32,000 nucleotides of DNA from an uncultured Chloroflexia bacterium (lineage in GTDB: Bacteria > Chloroflexota > Ktedonobacteria > Ktedonobacterales > JADMIN01), in assembly GCA_963718915.1 (NCBI GenBank), contig CAVRAI010000013.1:180001-212000 (forward strand), written 5' to 3'. The translations under genes were made by a program, and so were the position numbers. How positions within the stretch are numbered: the stretch's first letter is position 1; every line of letters begins with the position of its first letter. Positions 17,804 to 26,821 of this stretch are shown piece by piece. The notes beneath the pieces were generated by a model. The model was given only the letters and a program-made list of their open reading frames with translations. It was not told the origin of the DNA and ran no database searches.

Positions 17804-20707
17804 TTATGGAGCCGATGCCACTGTGAAATTGGCCATATGCGGCCAGCCAGCATCTCCATTGCCTATGGCCAACACGCCCCACGAGGTAAACGCCAGCGGC
17901 GCTACGGCAGGATCAGTCGCGGTTGCTCCGGCGGCGGCTGTCGGCGTGCTGGTGGGTTGGGTCGTCGCGGTCGCATGCGGCGTAACAGTGGCTCTGGCTC
18001 CTGGCGTCGCAGTTGGCGACTGTGCTGGATTGACTGAGCCACTCATGACCGGAGTCCACTGCCCGATGTGCTGCCAAGATATGTCGTCGTTGCTGACGAG
18101 CGCGGTAAACGTGTCCCCAACGCGCTGAATGCTCAGCCAGACCGCCGCGCGCGCGTTTATTGTACCGGTGATACATGCCTGTGGCGTCTGCTGCGCCACC
18201 GGACAAAGGCGTACCGACCCGGCGCTATCTACTGTGAGCGTGAGCCAGTCGCCATCATCCTGGTACAACACCATCCCCACGCTTGCCGAGCGAGGCAACG
18301 TGCCTGGCCTTGCAACCTCCAGCGTCAACGTCACATCGCCCGCGGAAGCCGCCTGCATCAGCGCCCCCACGCCCTGATTGCCCGGAATGAGTGTCAGTCC
18401 ATTCGCATCGAATGTTGTGCGGACACTTGTATCCGAGCGTGTCCACCGGACATCGGGATGCGGTGACGTGAAGGAATCGCTAAACGTAGCGGCGGCAGGA
18501 ACTGCTCCCACACGCGCCCATGGATTCTTACTCTGCGAACCTGTTGGACTTTGTAGAGACTGCGCGGGTAACAGAGCATTTGTCATCGTCTGCGTGCCAC
18601 CAATCACGACATCATCACCCGCAGTCGCGACCAGGATACTGTTCTCCGGCCCTAGCGCTACTGCCACTCCTTGCGCGAATGGCGACATACCAGCAGGCGG
18701 ATCGGGCAGTGCAATCCAGGTCGGCTTGGCAGATGCGCCCTTACCAGAGCCAGGTAGCACGATTGTAGACATATAGCTTGCCGTCCGTGAGGACGCATAG
18801 ATCTCGATGGCGCTAGAGGAGGAACTCGGCGTAGACGTACTCGCCACCGGAACCGTGACAGCGCCGAGCAGCGAACTCAGCGGCGCTGGATTGCCATCCA
18901 CCTGGGTCGCCGTCCAGCCATTCGAGAGGCGCTCTGATCGGAACCACCAGAGCGTGCCAGTGCTATCAGTCGCGAGAATATTCAGGGGGCTATCAGGCCA
19001 GAGACCGATCCAATTGTGCGCGTTGGGTAACTCCGGCGCCACCAGCAGCGAACCCGTGATCTGGTGGCCAGCGGGCTGCGCGCCAAGAGGCATCCAGTCG
19101 CTCCACGATGCCGGAATCTGAGTCCCATCCGCAGCGGTTGTCGCATCGAGCCAGATGCGTAGATATATGCGCCCATCAGCGCCCACCACAAAGACAATCG
19201 GTGAGCCTGCGCCTGGCGCTCCCGCCAGCGTCATACTGCCAGCAAGTGTCGTGGCGGATGGCTTGCCAAGCGAGAACCAATTGCCAGGGCGATCCGGTGG
19301 CCCGGCACGCCACCAGAGGTTGCCGTCACTGCCAAGCGCCGCGATCTGCACGCCACCAGCGAAAATGCTCGCGACTGGCGAACCAGTCAGGCTCACATTT
19401 GGTGGCTGGCCAAGCGCGCTCCAGAAGACGCCTAGTGAGTTTGGCGACGTATGTGCCAGGTAAAGATTGCCATCTATGCCGAGGACATAGATATAGCGCG
19501 ATCCGTTGCTCATGAGTACTGTCGCCGCGGATTGCCCACTGGTGAGCCGAACATTCCCAGGCGGTATCCCCAGGCTGCGCACCTGAGCCTGTGGCTGATC
19601 GGCTGAGGCGGATGGAGTGAAGAAACTCTTCTTCGACCAGGTCAGGTCGGCAAGCGTGCCACTCTGCGTAACGACCGTCGCCGTAGAGAGTGATGGAAGA
19701 CCACCAGGGAATTGCTGTTGGACAGTCTTGGAGGTGGTAGGCTGCTGTGTTGTGGCGCCATTGGCGCTAGCGCTAGTGCTGGGGAAATGGCCGTTGTTCT
19801 TGACGTTATGCAACCAGCCGAACGTGCCGCGTGTATGGCCCATCGTGCGCAGCCAGCGCCACGTTGGAAGCGTCGTCGCGGGCTGAGACGAACCGCTCAG
19901 AATCCACTTTGAGCCGACCTTTGTCAGTGCGAGCGTATCGCTAGGATGGTCTTCGGAGCCCCACATCACATTCTGCTCAGCGGTGATGACCTTGCCATCT
20001 TTAACGCCCGCCACTACCGCGATGTGGCCTCCGTGAGACCCATCCGGCCCCGCGGGCCAGGGATTTCCATTGGCATCGAGACTGCCCCAGATCAGAATAT
20101 CGCCGGGCACTGGCGCTGTGCTGGATCCATTGGGGTACATGACAAAGTCTGATGGGTGATTGACTGGCAGCCAAAGATCAGGCGCATTGCCCCATCCCGA
20201 CCGCCCCCAATTAGCGGGATTGTCGCCAAATGCCCACGCCGAGAAGCGAACAACCAACTCAGGGCATTGAAATGTCCAGCCGTAGCCATCAGTGGTGGGC
20301 GAACAGCCTTTTGCCGTGCTATCGCAACTCACGCTCGAACCACTGGGGGAGACACTGTTGAAGCCGTTGGAGCACACATCCACCCCAAACCAGCCACCGG
20401 GCGCGCCATGTCCGGGCAATATCGTACGGCCCCATGATGACCCGTTTGTGATCGTCGGATCGAGTCGAGCAAGTTGTGAACAGCTTGCAGTGGGAGAAGC
20501 CCGCAGGGCGTTTGCACTCGCCTCGGGTACAGTCGTCTGAAAGGTAAGCATGACCGCCAGCAACATGGCCGTGCCTACCAGCGCCACCAGCGTCCCGCGG
20601 ACCAGGTAGACCCTTGCTCCATTATCCGGCGCAAGACATAGGGCTTTCAGACGCCTCATCCACCGATAGATGCTATCCGACGCCACCAGCAGCACTCCCT
20701 CCCACAC
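17804..20707 (-). CDS. Large secreted or anchored CHAP-domain protein (967 aa) with propeller-like repeats and a ConA/LamG-like C-terminal domain
   Basis: N-terminal hydrophobic anchor. CHAP-like Cys/His pair: WTFQCPELVVRF ... GGHIAVVAGVKDGKVITAEQN. Four or more spaced repeats of the form G-x-DG-x-L/I-Y/W (LGIDGNLYLAH, LGSDGNLWWRAG, VGADGRIYLRIW, ATDSTGTLWWFRS). C-terminal jelly-roll-like region (WLTLTVDSAGSVRL ... WLSIQRVGDTFTALVSNDDISWQHIG ... ANFTV) interrupted by a Pro/Thr/Ala-rich tract. The start codon is uncertain (GTG 20707 or ATG 20659). Confidence 0.7.
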   Translation of the reverse strand: MWEGVLLVASDSIYRWMRRLKALCLAPDNGARVYLVRGTLVALVGTAMLLAVMLTFQTTVPEASANALRASPTASCSQLARLDPTITNGSSWGRTILPGHGAPGGWFGVDVCSNGFNSVSPSGSSVSCDSTAKGCSPTTDGYGWTFQCPELVVRFSAWAFGDNPANWGRSGWGNAPDLWLPVNHPSDFVMYPNGSSTAPVPGDILIWGSLDANGNPWPAGPDGSHGGHIAVVAGVKDGKVITAEQNVMWGSEDHPSDTLALTKVGSKWILSGSSQPATTLPTWRWLRTMGHTRGTFGWLHNVKNNGHFPSTSASANGATTQQPTTSKTVQQQFPGGLPSLSTATVVTQSGTLADLTWSKKSFFTPSASADQPQAQVRSLGIPPGNVRLTSGQSAATVLMSNGSRYIYVLGIDGNLYLAHTSPNSLGVFWSALGQPPNVSLTGSPVASIFAGGVQIAALGSDGNLWWRAGPPDRPGNWFSLGKPSATTLAGSMTLAGAPGAGSPIVFVVGADGRIYLRIWLDATTAADGTQIPASWSDWMPLGAQPAGHQITGSLLVAPELPNAHNWIGLWPDSPLNILATDSTGTLWWFRSERLSNGWTATQVDGNPAPLSSLLGAVTVPVASTSTPSSSSSAIEIYASSRTASYMSTIVLPGSGKGASAKPTWIALPDPPAGMSPFAQGVAVALGPENSILVATAGDDVVIGGTQTMTNALLPAQSLQSPTGSQSKNPWARVGAVPAAATFSDSFTSPHPDVRWTRSDTSVRTTFDANGLTLIPGNQGVGALMQAASAGDVTLTLEVARPGTLPRSASVGMVLYQDDGDWLTLTVDSAGSVRLCPVAQQTPQACITGTINARAAVWLSIQRVGDTFTALVSNDDISWQHIGQWTPVMSGSVNPAQSPTATPGARATVTPHATATTQPTSTPTAAAGATATDPAVAPLAFTSWGVLAIGNGDAGWPHMANFTVASAP

Positions 20708-20883
20708 GCTCCGCGCCTACACCTGCCATGCATCCCTGACGGACGCGCAGAGCCGTTGTTATTTACAACGAACTGCCTACAGCAATGGAAACATCGCCGT
20801 CTAGAATGTTGTGTGAATTCCTGTCATCTCGCTTCCTTCTTAGCGAAGCAATCGCCCGAGCCGACGTATCGTGTTCTCTACTT

Positions 20884-21726
20884 TCAGCTAAGCGCATACT
20901 GTTCTATCGCACAAGCCAGCCCATCTTCTGCGTTGCTCGTCGTCACCACATCAGCCAGCGAACGCACTCTCCGTGACGCCTGACCCATCGCCACCCCCAA
21001 CCCAGCCGCGCGCAGCATCGAAACGTCATTGGGTCCATCACCAATCGCCATCGTCTCCTCCAGCGAAATATCGAGGTGGCGCGCCAGGATGGTAAGGGCA
21101 TTCCCTTTTGAGACGGCGGATGAGAAAAGCGTCAATTCAGCGACTCCGTAGTTGCCAACAGGCAGCAACTGACGGCCACAGTCGGGCGACGCGAGATCAA
21201 CCGCCACACGACGCAAAATGCTCAACGGCGCGAAGGCAGCCAGGCGAATCGGGTCAACCGCAAGATCGCATAATTGTGCGACAGGACGGTAACGAGTTTG
21301 ATGTTGAAAAGCAGGAAGATACGTTGCCGTCCACTCAGGGTGAGCAGCCTCCTCGGATACATGCAGGAAATCATCGGCATGGTCGCAATATTGCACGATT
21401 GGCTGAATACCATAGCCAACCATCGCCTCGGCGGCTCGCTGCGCGATCACACGGTCAAGCGGCGCACAATGGAGCATCTCACCATCTGGATATGTGCGAA
21501 TCATCGCGCCATCCATATGAATCATCGGCCCTCGGAAGCCAAATGAAGTAGCCGCTACCGATGCCCCGGTCCAGCGGCGTCCAGTTGCCAGCGCCAGGGT
21601 AACTCCACGCACAGCAAGCGCTTGAATCGCCTCACGAGTTCGTGGTGTAAGACAACCTCCTGGGTCGAGGAGTGTTCCATCCACATCGGTTACCACTAAA
21701 CGAATGCGTCGCACATCGCCCCCCAT
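20884..21726 (-). CDS. HAD-superfamily hydrolase, Cof-type (HAD-IIB) phosphatase
   Basis: Motif I VVTDVDGTLLD. Motif IV MAIGDGPNDVSMLRAAGLGVAMGQA. 280 aa. Confidence 0.85.
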   Translation of the reverse strand: MGGDVRRIRLVVTDVDGTLLDPGGCLTPRTREAIQALAVRGVTLALATGRRWTGASVAATSFGFRGPMIHMDGAMIRTYPDGEMLHCAPLDRVIAQRAAEAMVGYGIQPIVQYCDHADDFLHVSEEAAHPEWTATYLPAFQHQTRYRPVAQLCDLAVDPIRLAAFAPLSILRRVAVDLASPDCGRQLLPVGNYGVAELTLFSSAVSKGNALTILARHLDISLEETMAIGDGPNDVSMLRAAGLGVAMGQASRRVRSLADVVTTSNAEDGLACAIEQYALS

Positions 21727-21765
21727 CGGCTCTATGGAATTGCGTTTGAGTTCGACCCAAGCCGA

Positions 21766-22122
21766 TCAGTTACGCCGCCACGAAAGCCTGCCGCTCACCG
21801 CCACTAAAATTCCAACCACCACAATGACGCCTGTCGCCACCGCCAGCGCGGTATCTGCGCGTCCTCGCCAGAGAGTGAAAACGGCATGATCTGGCACGCC
21901 GCTGATGTGCTGCAGTGACTCCATACCTGAGACAAACAGTTCGATGATGCCGCTACAGACAAACCACGCGCCCACGAGCATCAGTAGAAAGACGCCAGCG
22001 CGCCGCCAGCGGTTCCGACCATGAACGACTAAAAATGCGCCGACCACGATCTGACCGACGCCAAAGAACAGCGATAGCACGAGATTGATGGATAGAAATG
22101 ACTGCATTTTTCTGCCATACAC
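21766..22122 (-). CDS. Small hypothetical membrane protein (about 3 TM helices)
   Basis: 118-aa ORF with hydrophobic segments FLSINLVLSLFFGVGQIVVGAFLVV, AGVFLLMLVGAWFVCSGIIELFV and ALAVATGVIVVVGILVAV. Sits 39 nt upstream of the HAD gene on the same strand. No family recognised. Confidence 0.45.
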   Translation of the reverse strand: MYGRKMQSFLSINLVLSLFFGVGQIVVGAFLVVHGRNRWRRAGVFLLMLVGAWFVCSGIIELFVSGMESLQHISGVPDHAVFTLWRGRADTALAVATGVIVVVGILVAVSGRLSWRRN

Positions 22123-22303
22123 TTGCCGATTGCCTTCTCATCTTCTCGCCTGAGCGATGACCTGTCAAGGGGGCGTCTCGAACAGGCTGGGGGGAATTGG
22201 CGAAACGATGCACTGTCGTAGTAGCATAGGATTGTCGGAGTTCCCGCGCCAGACGGGATTATATGGACAACAGCGGCTATGATGCCGCGGGAGGTTATGC
22301 CCG

Positions 22304-23023
22304 ATGGATCTGCACGGCGCGCATATCACCTGGCTTGGTCATGGCACCTTCACATTCACGACACCGGCTGGCAAATCGATCCTGCTCGATCCATGGGTAC
22401 AGGGCAACCCAGCATGTCCAGATGACAAGAAAAAACTGGGCAAACTCGACGCCGTGCTCATTACACATGGACACGGCGACCACATTGGAGACGCGCTGGC
22501 CATTGCCACCGACAGTCAGCCTGATCAGGTTGTTGCCATCGTCGAACTGGCCACATGGTTGGACGGCAAGGGCTGCGCCAACACGGTTGGCATAAATCTG
22601 GGCGGCACAATAGAGGTGGCGGGGACGCGCGTGACGATGGTACGCGCGGATCACAGCTGCGGCATCCTGGATGGCGACACAGTCCTCTATGGCGGCCAGG
22701 CAGCAGGCTATGTCATCGACTTTGGCAACGATCTGCGCATCTACGTCGCGGGAGACACAAATGTCTTTGGCGATATGAGCATTATCGGCGCGCTCTATAA
22801 GCCTCAGTTGGCGATTCTGCCCATTGGAGACTTCTATACGATGGGACCACGTGAGGCTGCCTATGCGGCTCGACTCCTTGGCGTCGAGACCATCATCCCG
22901 GCGCATTTCGGCACCTTCCCGATACTTACCGGCACGCCCGAGGGGTTAAGCCAGGCGCTCGAAAGTATGGGGCTGAACAATGTCGCCGTGCATCGCCTCC
23001 AGCCAGGTGAGACCATGGAGTAA
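22304..23023 (+). CDS. Metallo-beta-lactamase-fold metal-dependent hydrolase (UPF0173-like)
   Basis: ITWLGHGTFTFTTPAGKSILLDPW and LITHGHGDHIGD (HxHxDH motif). GGAGG lies 9 nt upstream of the ATG. Confidence 0.8.
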   Translation: MDLHGAHITWLGHGTFTFTTPAGKSILLDPWVQGNPACPDDKKKLGKLDAVLITHGHGDHIGDALAIATDSQPDQVVAIVELATWLDGKGCANTVGINLGGTIEVAGTRVTMVRADHSCGILDGDTVLYGGQAAGYVIDFGNDLRIYVAGDTNVFGDMSIIGALYKPQLAILPIGDFYTMGPREAAYAARLLGVETIIPAHFGTFPILTGTPEGLSQALESMGLNNVAVHRLQPGETME

Positions 23024-23141
23024 CCCGCTTCCGTTTTTCCCTCATAGATTGGGAAGCGGATGATATAGTTGAGAGAGAGAGATTTCCTACCCTGTGTAGG
23101 AGGCTATCGACCTACGGAAATCCTGTGGCGGAGGCGCATCT

Positions 23142-24230
23142 ATGGCAGACGAGCTACGACATCGAAAGCTGGCCCAATCTGAGGCGGCAACTGACACAGC
23201 CCTACCAGCCTGCGACGACGAAACGATTCCTGAGGACGGCCCGCTGGTGGATAGCTACGGTCGCCACATTAAGAATCTGCGCATCTCCGTCACGGACAAA
23301 TGCAACTTCCGTTGTGTGTACTGCATGCCAGCGGAGGGGCTTCCATGGCTGCCGCGGGCCGATATCCTCACCTTCGAGGAGCTCGTCCGTATCGCTCGGG
23401 TCGCGGTTGGTCTCGGCATCGACCAGATTCGCCTAACAGGTGGCGAGCCGCTAGTGCGCCGTGATATCGCCAATCTCGTCGCCATGTTACGCGCTATTCC
23501 AGGACTACGCAGCCTGAGCTTGACGACGAACGGGGTCTTGCTGGGCAAGCTGGCAGGGCCACTCGCCGAGGCGGGTTTGACTCGTATCAATGTCAGCCTC
23601 GACTCCCTGATTCGCGAGAAATTCACTCAACTCACACGGCGTGACGCATTGGAGCAGGTGCTGGCCGGGCTGGAGGAATTGGAGAAGTATCCAACGATCC
23701 GGCCCATCAAGATCAATGCGGTAGCGATGCGCGGATTTACTGAATCCGAAGTACTCGACTTCGTGGCGCTCGCCCGCCGAAAAGCGTATTCAGTGCGCTG
23801 GATCGAGTTTATGCCGCTCGATGCCGACCAGATCTGGCGCAAGGATGATATCCTCACTGGGGCCGAAATCAAGGCGATTATCGAAGATAGCTACGGGCCA
23901 CTGGTTCCGGTTCAAGGCGATGACGCCTCGGAAACTGCCCGCCGCTACACCTTCGCCGACGGTGTTGGTGAGGTGGGCTTCATCAATCCCGTCAGCGAGC
24001 CATTTTGCCGCTGGTGCGACCGCATTCGCCTCACCGCTGAGGGCGAGTTGCGGACATGTCTCTTCGCCCTCACCGAAACCGATCTGCGCTCAGTAGTACG
24101 CTCCGGCCAGAGCGATGACGAACTGGCGCGCGTGATTCGCAGGGCAGTCTGGCACAAAGAGCTGAAACACTATATTGGCGACAAGCGTTTCCGCCGTAGC
24201 ACACGCAGCATGTCGATGATCGGCGGATAG
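23142..24230 (+). CDS. moaA: GTP 3',8-cyclase (molybdenum cofactor biosynthesis protein A, radical SAM)
   Basis: LRISVTDKCNFRCVYCMP (CX3CX2C radical-SAM cluster), RLTGGEPLVRRD, and the C-terminal second cluster region FCRWCDRIRLTAEGELRTCLF. GGAGG lies 7 nt upstream of the ATG. Confidence 0.93.
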   Translation: MADELRHRKLAQSEAATDTALPACDDETIPEDGPLVDSYGRHIKNLRISVTDKCNFRCVYCMPAEGLPWLPRADILTFEELVRIARVAVGLGIDQIRLTGGEPLVRRDIANLVAMLRAIPGLRSLSLTTNGVLLGKLAGPLAEAGLTRINVSLDSLIREKFTQLTRRDALEQVLAGLEELEKYPTIRPIKINAVAMRGFTESEVLDFVALARRKAYSVRWIEFMPLDADQIWRKDDILTGAEIKAIIEDSYGPLVPVQGDDASETARRYTFADGVGEVGFINPVSEPFCRWCDRIRLTAEGELRTCLFALTETDLRSVVRSGQSDDELARVIRRAVWHKELKHYIGDKRFRRSTRSMSMIGG

Positions 24231-24242
24231 CGAGCGCGGCAG

Positions 24243-25466
24243 ATGGAAGACACGGTTGCGGAGCGGAAACGGCACAACTATCACCCTGCCCTGACCACTT
24301 TCCTGCTAGCAACAGTGCTGGTCGCATTGCTGGTTGGTTGTGCTCAGCAGCCCACGAGCGCAGTCCGGGCGGCAAAACAGAGTCTCCCAGCAGCCACAGC
24401 AACTCCGGTATCTCCGGGAACCATCTACACTGATCCCAAACTTGGTTTCCGCCTGACATTGCCAATTGGTTGGCAGGGGACCTCATACCCCGGACGACAT
24501 CAGCCATCCAGCAATACGCTCGTAAGCCTACAAGAACCAACGCGCACGCCAGCTACTATCACTATTGGCGTCTTTCACGGCGCGAATATGCCTGCGGCAT
24601 TTGCCGCACGAGGAGCACCGCCGCTACACATTGGCGCATATCCCGCGTTCGCCGCGGATACCGGACTGAGTCAGGGCAAGGTACCCTGTGTCGTGCGTAT
24701 TCTTTTGGCTAACGATGATTACCTCCTGGCCGAGTGGTGCTCGATGGATGCCACTAGCCATGCAAACGAGTTCGAGCGCATCCTGGCGACATATCTTCCT
24801 GCTCCAGCTGACTACGGCCCGCCAGCGACCGTCGTGGCGCCAGCAGCGACTTCTTGTGCCAATATTCAAGCAGGCTACGGTTACAACACGACCGCCTGGG
24901 GTAGCATGCTGGCAACTCCCACAGCAAATGAACCGGATGGCGGATGGGTGAACCTTGCGGGCACATATATTTGCAGTAATACGGGTTCGCCCGACCATTA
25001 CCTCTTCCAATGCACCGAACTCGTCAACCGCTACGACGCCGAGCAATGGGGCCTGCCCCACATCCCCGGTAACGCTGCCCGCTACTTCGATTACTACCAG
25101 AATGGCGTCCCGCATCCCGGCGACGTTCGGGATTTGCCCGTCGGGAGTTACGCGTACTCTGACGACGCGCGCCAGGGAAAGAGCGCATTTGCTCCAGAGG
25201 CAGGCGATCTGCTGGTGTTTCAGGATGTCGTCAATCCAGCACAGGGCTGGACCTCCGGCCTGATCGCTTCACCGGGACATATTGCGCTCATCACAGCCGT
25301 CGATGCCACGCACGTCTACATTGCCCAGGAGAACTACAATGACCGCCAGTATTTTCTGGCGCTTGAGCTTACCCATACTCCCAGCGGCTTTGTTATCAGC
25401 GACCGCAGTGGAGTAGCTGGCCGGATCGTGCGAGGCTGGATACGCTTCACAGTCGAGAACGACTGA
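24243..25466 (+). CDS. CHAP-domain lipoprotein (putative peptidoglycan amidase/peptidase)
   Basis: Lipobox LLVGCAQQ. C-terminal CHAP-like Cys/His pair YLFQCTELVNRY ... PGHIALITAVDATHVYIAQENY, clearly paralogous to the CHAP region of the 967-aa protein. Confidence 0.75.
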   Translation: MEDTVAERKRHNYHPALTTFLLATVLVALLVGCAQQPTSAVRAAKQSLPAATATPVSPGTIYTDPKLGFRLTLPIGWQGTSYPGRHQPSSNTLVSLQEPTRTPATITIGVFHGANMPAAFAARGAPPLHIGAYPAFAADTGLSQGKVPCVVRILLANDDYLLAEWCSMDATSHANEFERILATYLPAPADYGPPATVVAPAATSCANIQAGYGYNTTAWGSMLATPTANEPDGGWVNLAGTYICSNTGSPDHYLFQCTELVNRYDAEQWGLPHIPGNAARYFDYYQNGVPHPGDVRDLPVGSYAYSDDARQGKSAFAPEAGDLLVFQDVVNPAQGWTSGLIASPGHIALITAVDATHVYIAQENYNDRQYFLALELTHTPSGFVISDRSGVAGRIVRGWIRFTVEND

Positions 25467-25481
25467 CAATGCCGCGCAAAT

Positions 25482-26807
25482 TCAGCCAAGTAGCTGTACC
25501 GCGTCGGCAACTGATGAGGCGACCAAACAGCCAGATGCCAGCAATTCGCGGTATAGTTCGATTCCGCGCGTGGTGAAGTCGCGCGCTCCGACATTCTCAA
25601 GCAGGGCATTGCTATCACGTGCTGCGTTAGCGGTTGGCTCCAGCAGTATCACTTTGCGGCCAGCACGGCGCGCAGCAAGAATCTCCTCGATCAGCACGAT
25701 GTTGCCTGGCCCAAGCGGCGTCGGACATAGAACGATTGCTCGTGCGTCCAGCATGCGCATACGAGCCGCAGCCAGCCCTTCCGCCGAGACTGGAGCATAG
25801 GGAGGCTCCACAATACACGAGGCAGCAAGCCGTTGCGCCAACGTGTAGTCACTATCACCAGCGTTGAGCGGCCCCGCGCTAAAAGTAATGTCAGCATCGA
25901 CTAGGGCACGCATCACCAACTCGCCTGAGCCGCCTCCGGCAATCAGGTGAACCATGGCAGCCACACCTGAACCGGGCTTTTCCGACTGCCAGGCGAGCGG
26001 GTTATCCTGGCCAGGCGGCAACACGCTCAGATAATCCTCGCCGCGCAGAATCCCCACACGAACCGGCGTCTCATAGACCGTGGAAAGTAGCTCGGCGTCA
26101 AGCACTCGCGCGGGCGAACCGTCGGCAACTATCGTTTCGCGAAAAAGTATCAGTCGGGGAAAGTAGCGTGCCGCCAGATTCAAGTCATGCAACGCCGCCA
26201 GCACCGTCAGCTTGCGCTCGACATTGAGCCTCCTCAATAGTTCCAGGATCTCGATCTGATAGCGTATGTCAAGATGGGTGGTTGGCTCATCCAGCAGCAG
26301 GATTTGCGCCTCTTGCGCCAGCGTCAACGCGATGATCACACGCTGTTTTTCGCCACCACTCAGATCGTTGAAAACGCGATCGGCGAGATGCTCGATACCC
26401 GCTGCATCGAGCGCCGTCTCAACCGCCTGCGCATCATCGAATCGTGGCATGCTGAGCAGATCATGGTGAGGCATGCGCCCCATTTCGACAATCTGCCGAA
26501 CTGTGTAGGCGAACTGGACCGAAAATTCCTGCGGCGCGACCGCTAGTCTCCGCGCCACCACGCGCCGCGAGAGGCGATGCACGTCGTCGCCCTGTAGTCG
26601 TACTACACCTCGTGCGGGGTGCAGCGTTCCCGCACCCAGGCTCAGGAGCGTGGATTTTCCCGCGCCATTCGGCCCAAGCAAGCCAACCATCTCACCAGCA
26701 ACAAGCTGGAAACTAACATCTCGCACCACTTGTCGCAGTCCGTAGCCAAAGCTGACCGACTCGAAGTCAAGCGCTGGCGGTAAGATCTCGGCGCTATTGC
26801 TGGACAT
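25482..26807 (-). CDS. Corrinoid/iron-chelate-type ABC transporter ATP-binding protein (BtuD/FepC-like) fused to an uncharacterised ~170-aa C-terminal domain
   Basis: Walker A GPNGAGKSTLLS, signature LSGGEKQRVIIALTLAQ, Walker B LLLDEPTTHLD within the first ~260 aa. Then comes an extra region starting VHLIAGGGSGELVMRAL. I prefer ATG 26807, with GAGAGGA 9 nt upstream and 14 nt after the permease stop, to the TTG at 26828. Confidence 0.85.
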   Translation of the reverse strand: MSSNSAEILPPALDFESVSFGYGLRQVVRDVSFQLVAGEMVGLLGPNGAGKSTLLSLGAGTLHPARGVVRLQGDDVHRLSRRVVARRLAVAPQEFSVQFAYTVRQIVEMGRMPHHDLLSMPRFDDAQAVETALDAAGIEHLADRVFNDLSGGEKQRVIIALTLAQEAQILLLDEPTTHLDIRYQIEILELLRRLNVERKLTVLAALHDLNLAARYFPRLILFRETIVADGSPARVLDAELLSTVYETPVRVGILRGEDYLSVLPPGQDNPLAWQSEKPGSGVAAMVHLIAGGGSGELVMRALVDADITFSAGPLNAGDSDYTLAQRLAASCIVEPPYAPVSAEGLAAARMRMLDARAIVLCPTPLGPGNIVLIEEILAARRAGRKVILLEPTANAARDSNALLENVGARDFTTRGIELYRELLASGCLVASSVADAVQLLG

Positions 26808-26821
26808 TGCGAGTATCCTCT

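Noticed and set aside
20708-20883. Possible c-di-AMP (ydaO-type) or c-di-GMP riboswitch upstream of the large CHAP hydrolase gene, since such hydrolases are often riboswitch-controlled.
   Set aside because: I could not find the conserved ACGGGGA/CCCA-type or GEMM GCAAA/ACGCAAA blocks on the minus strand. Only a small 6-bp hairpin (CGTTGT/ACAACG) is present.
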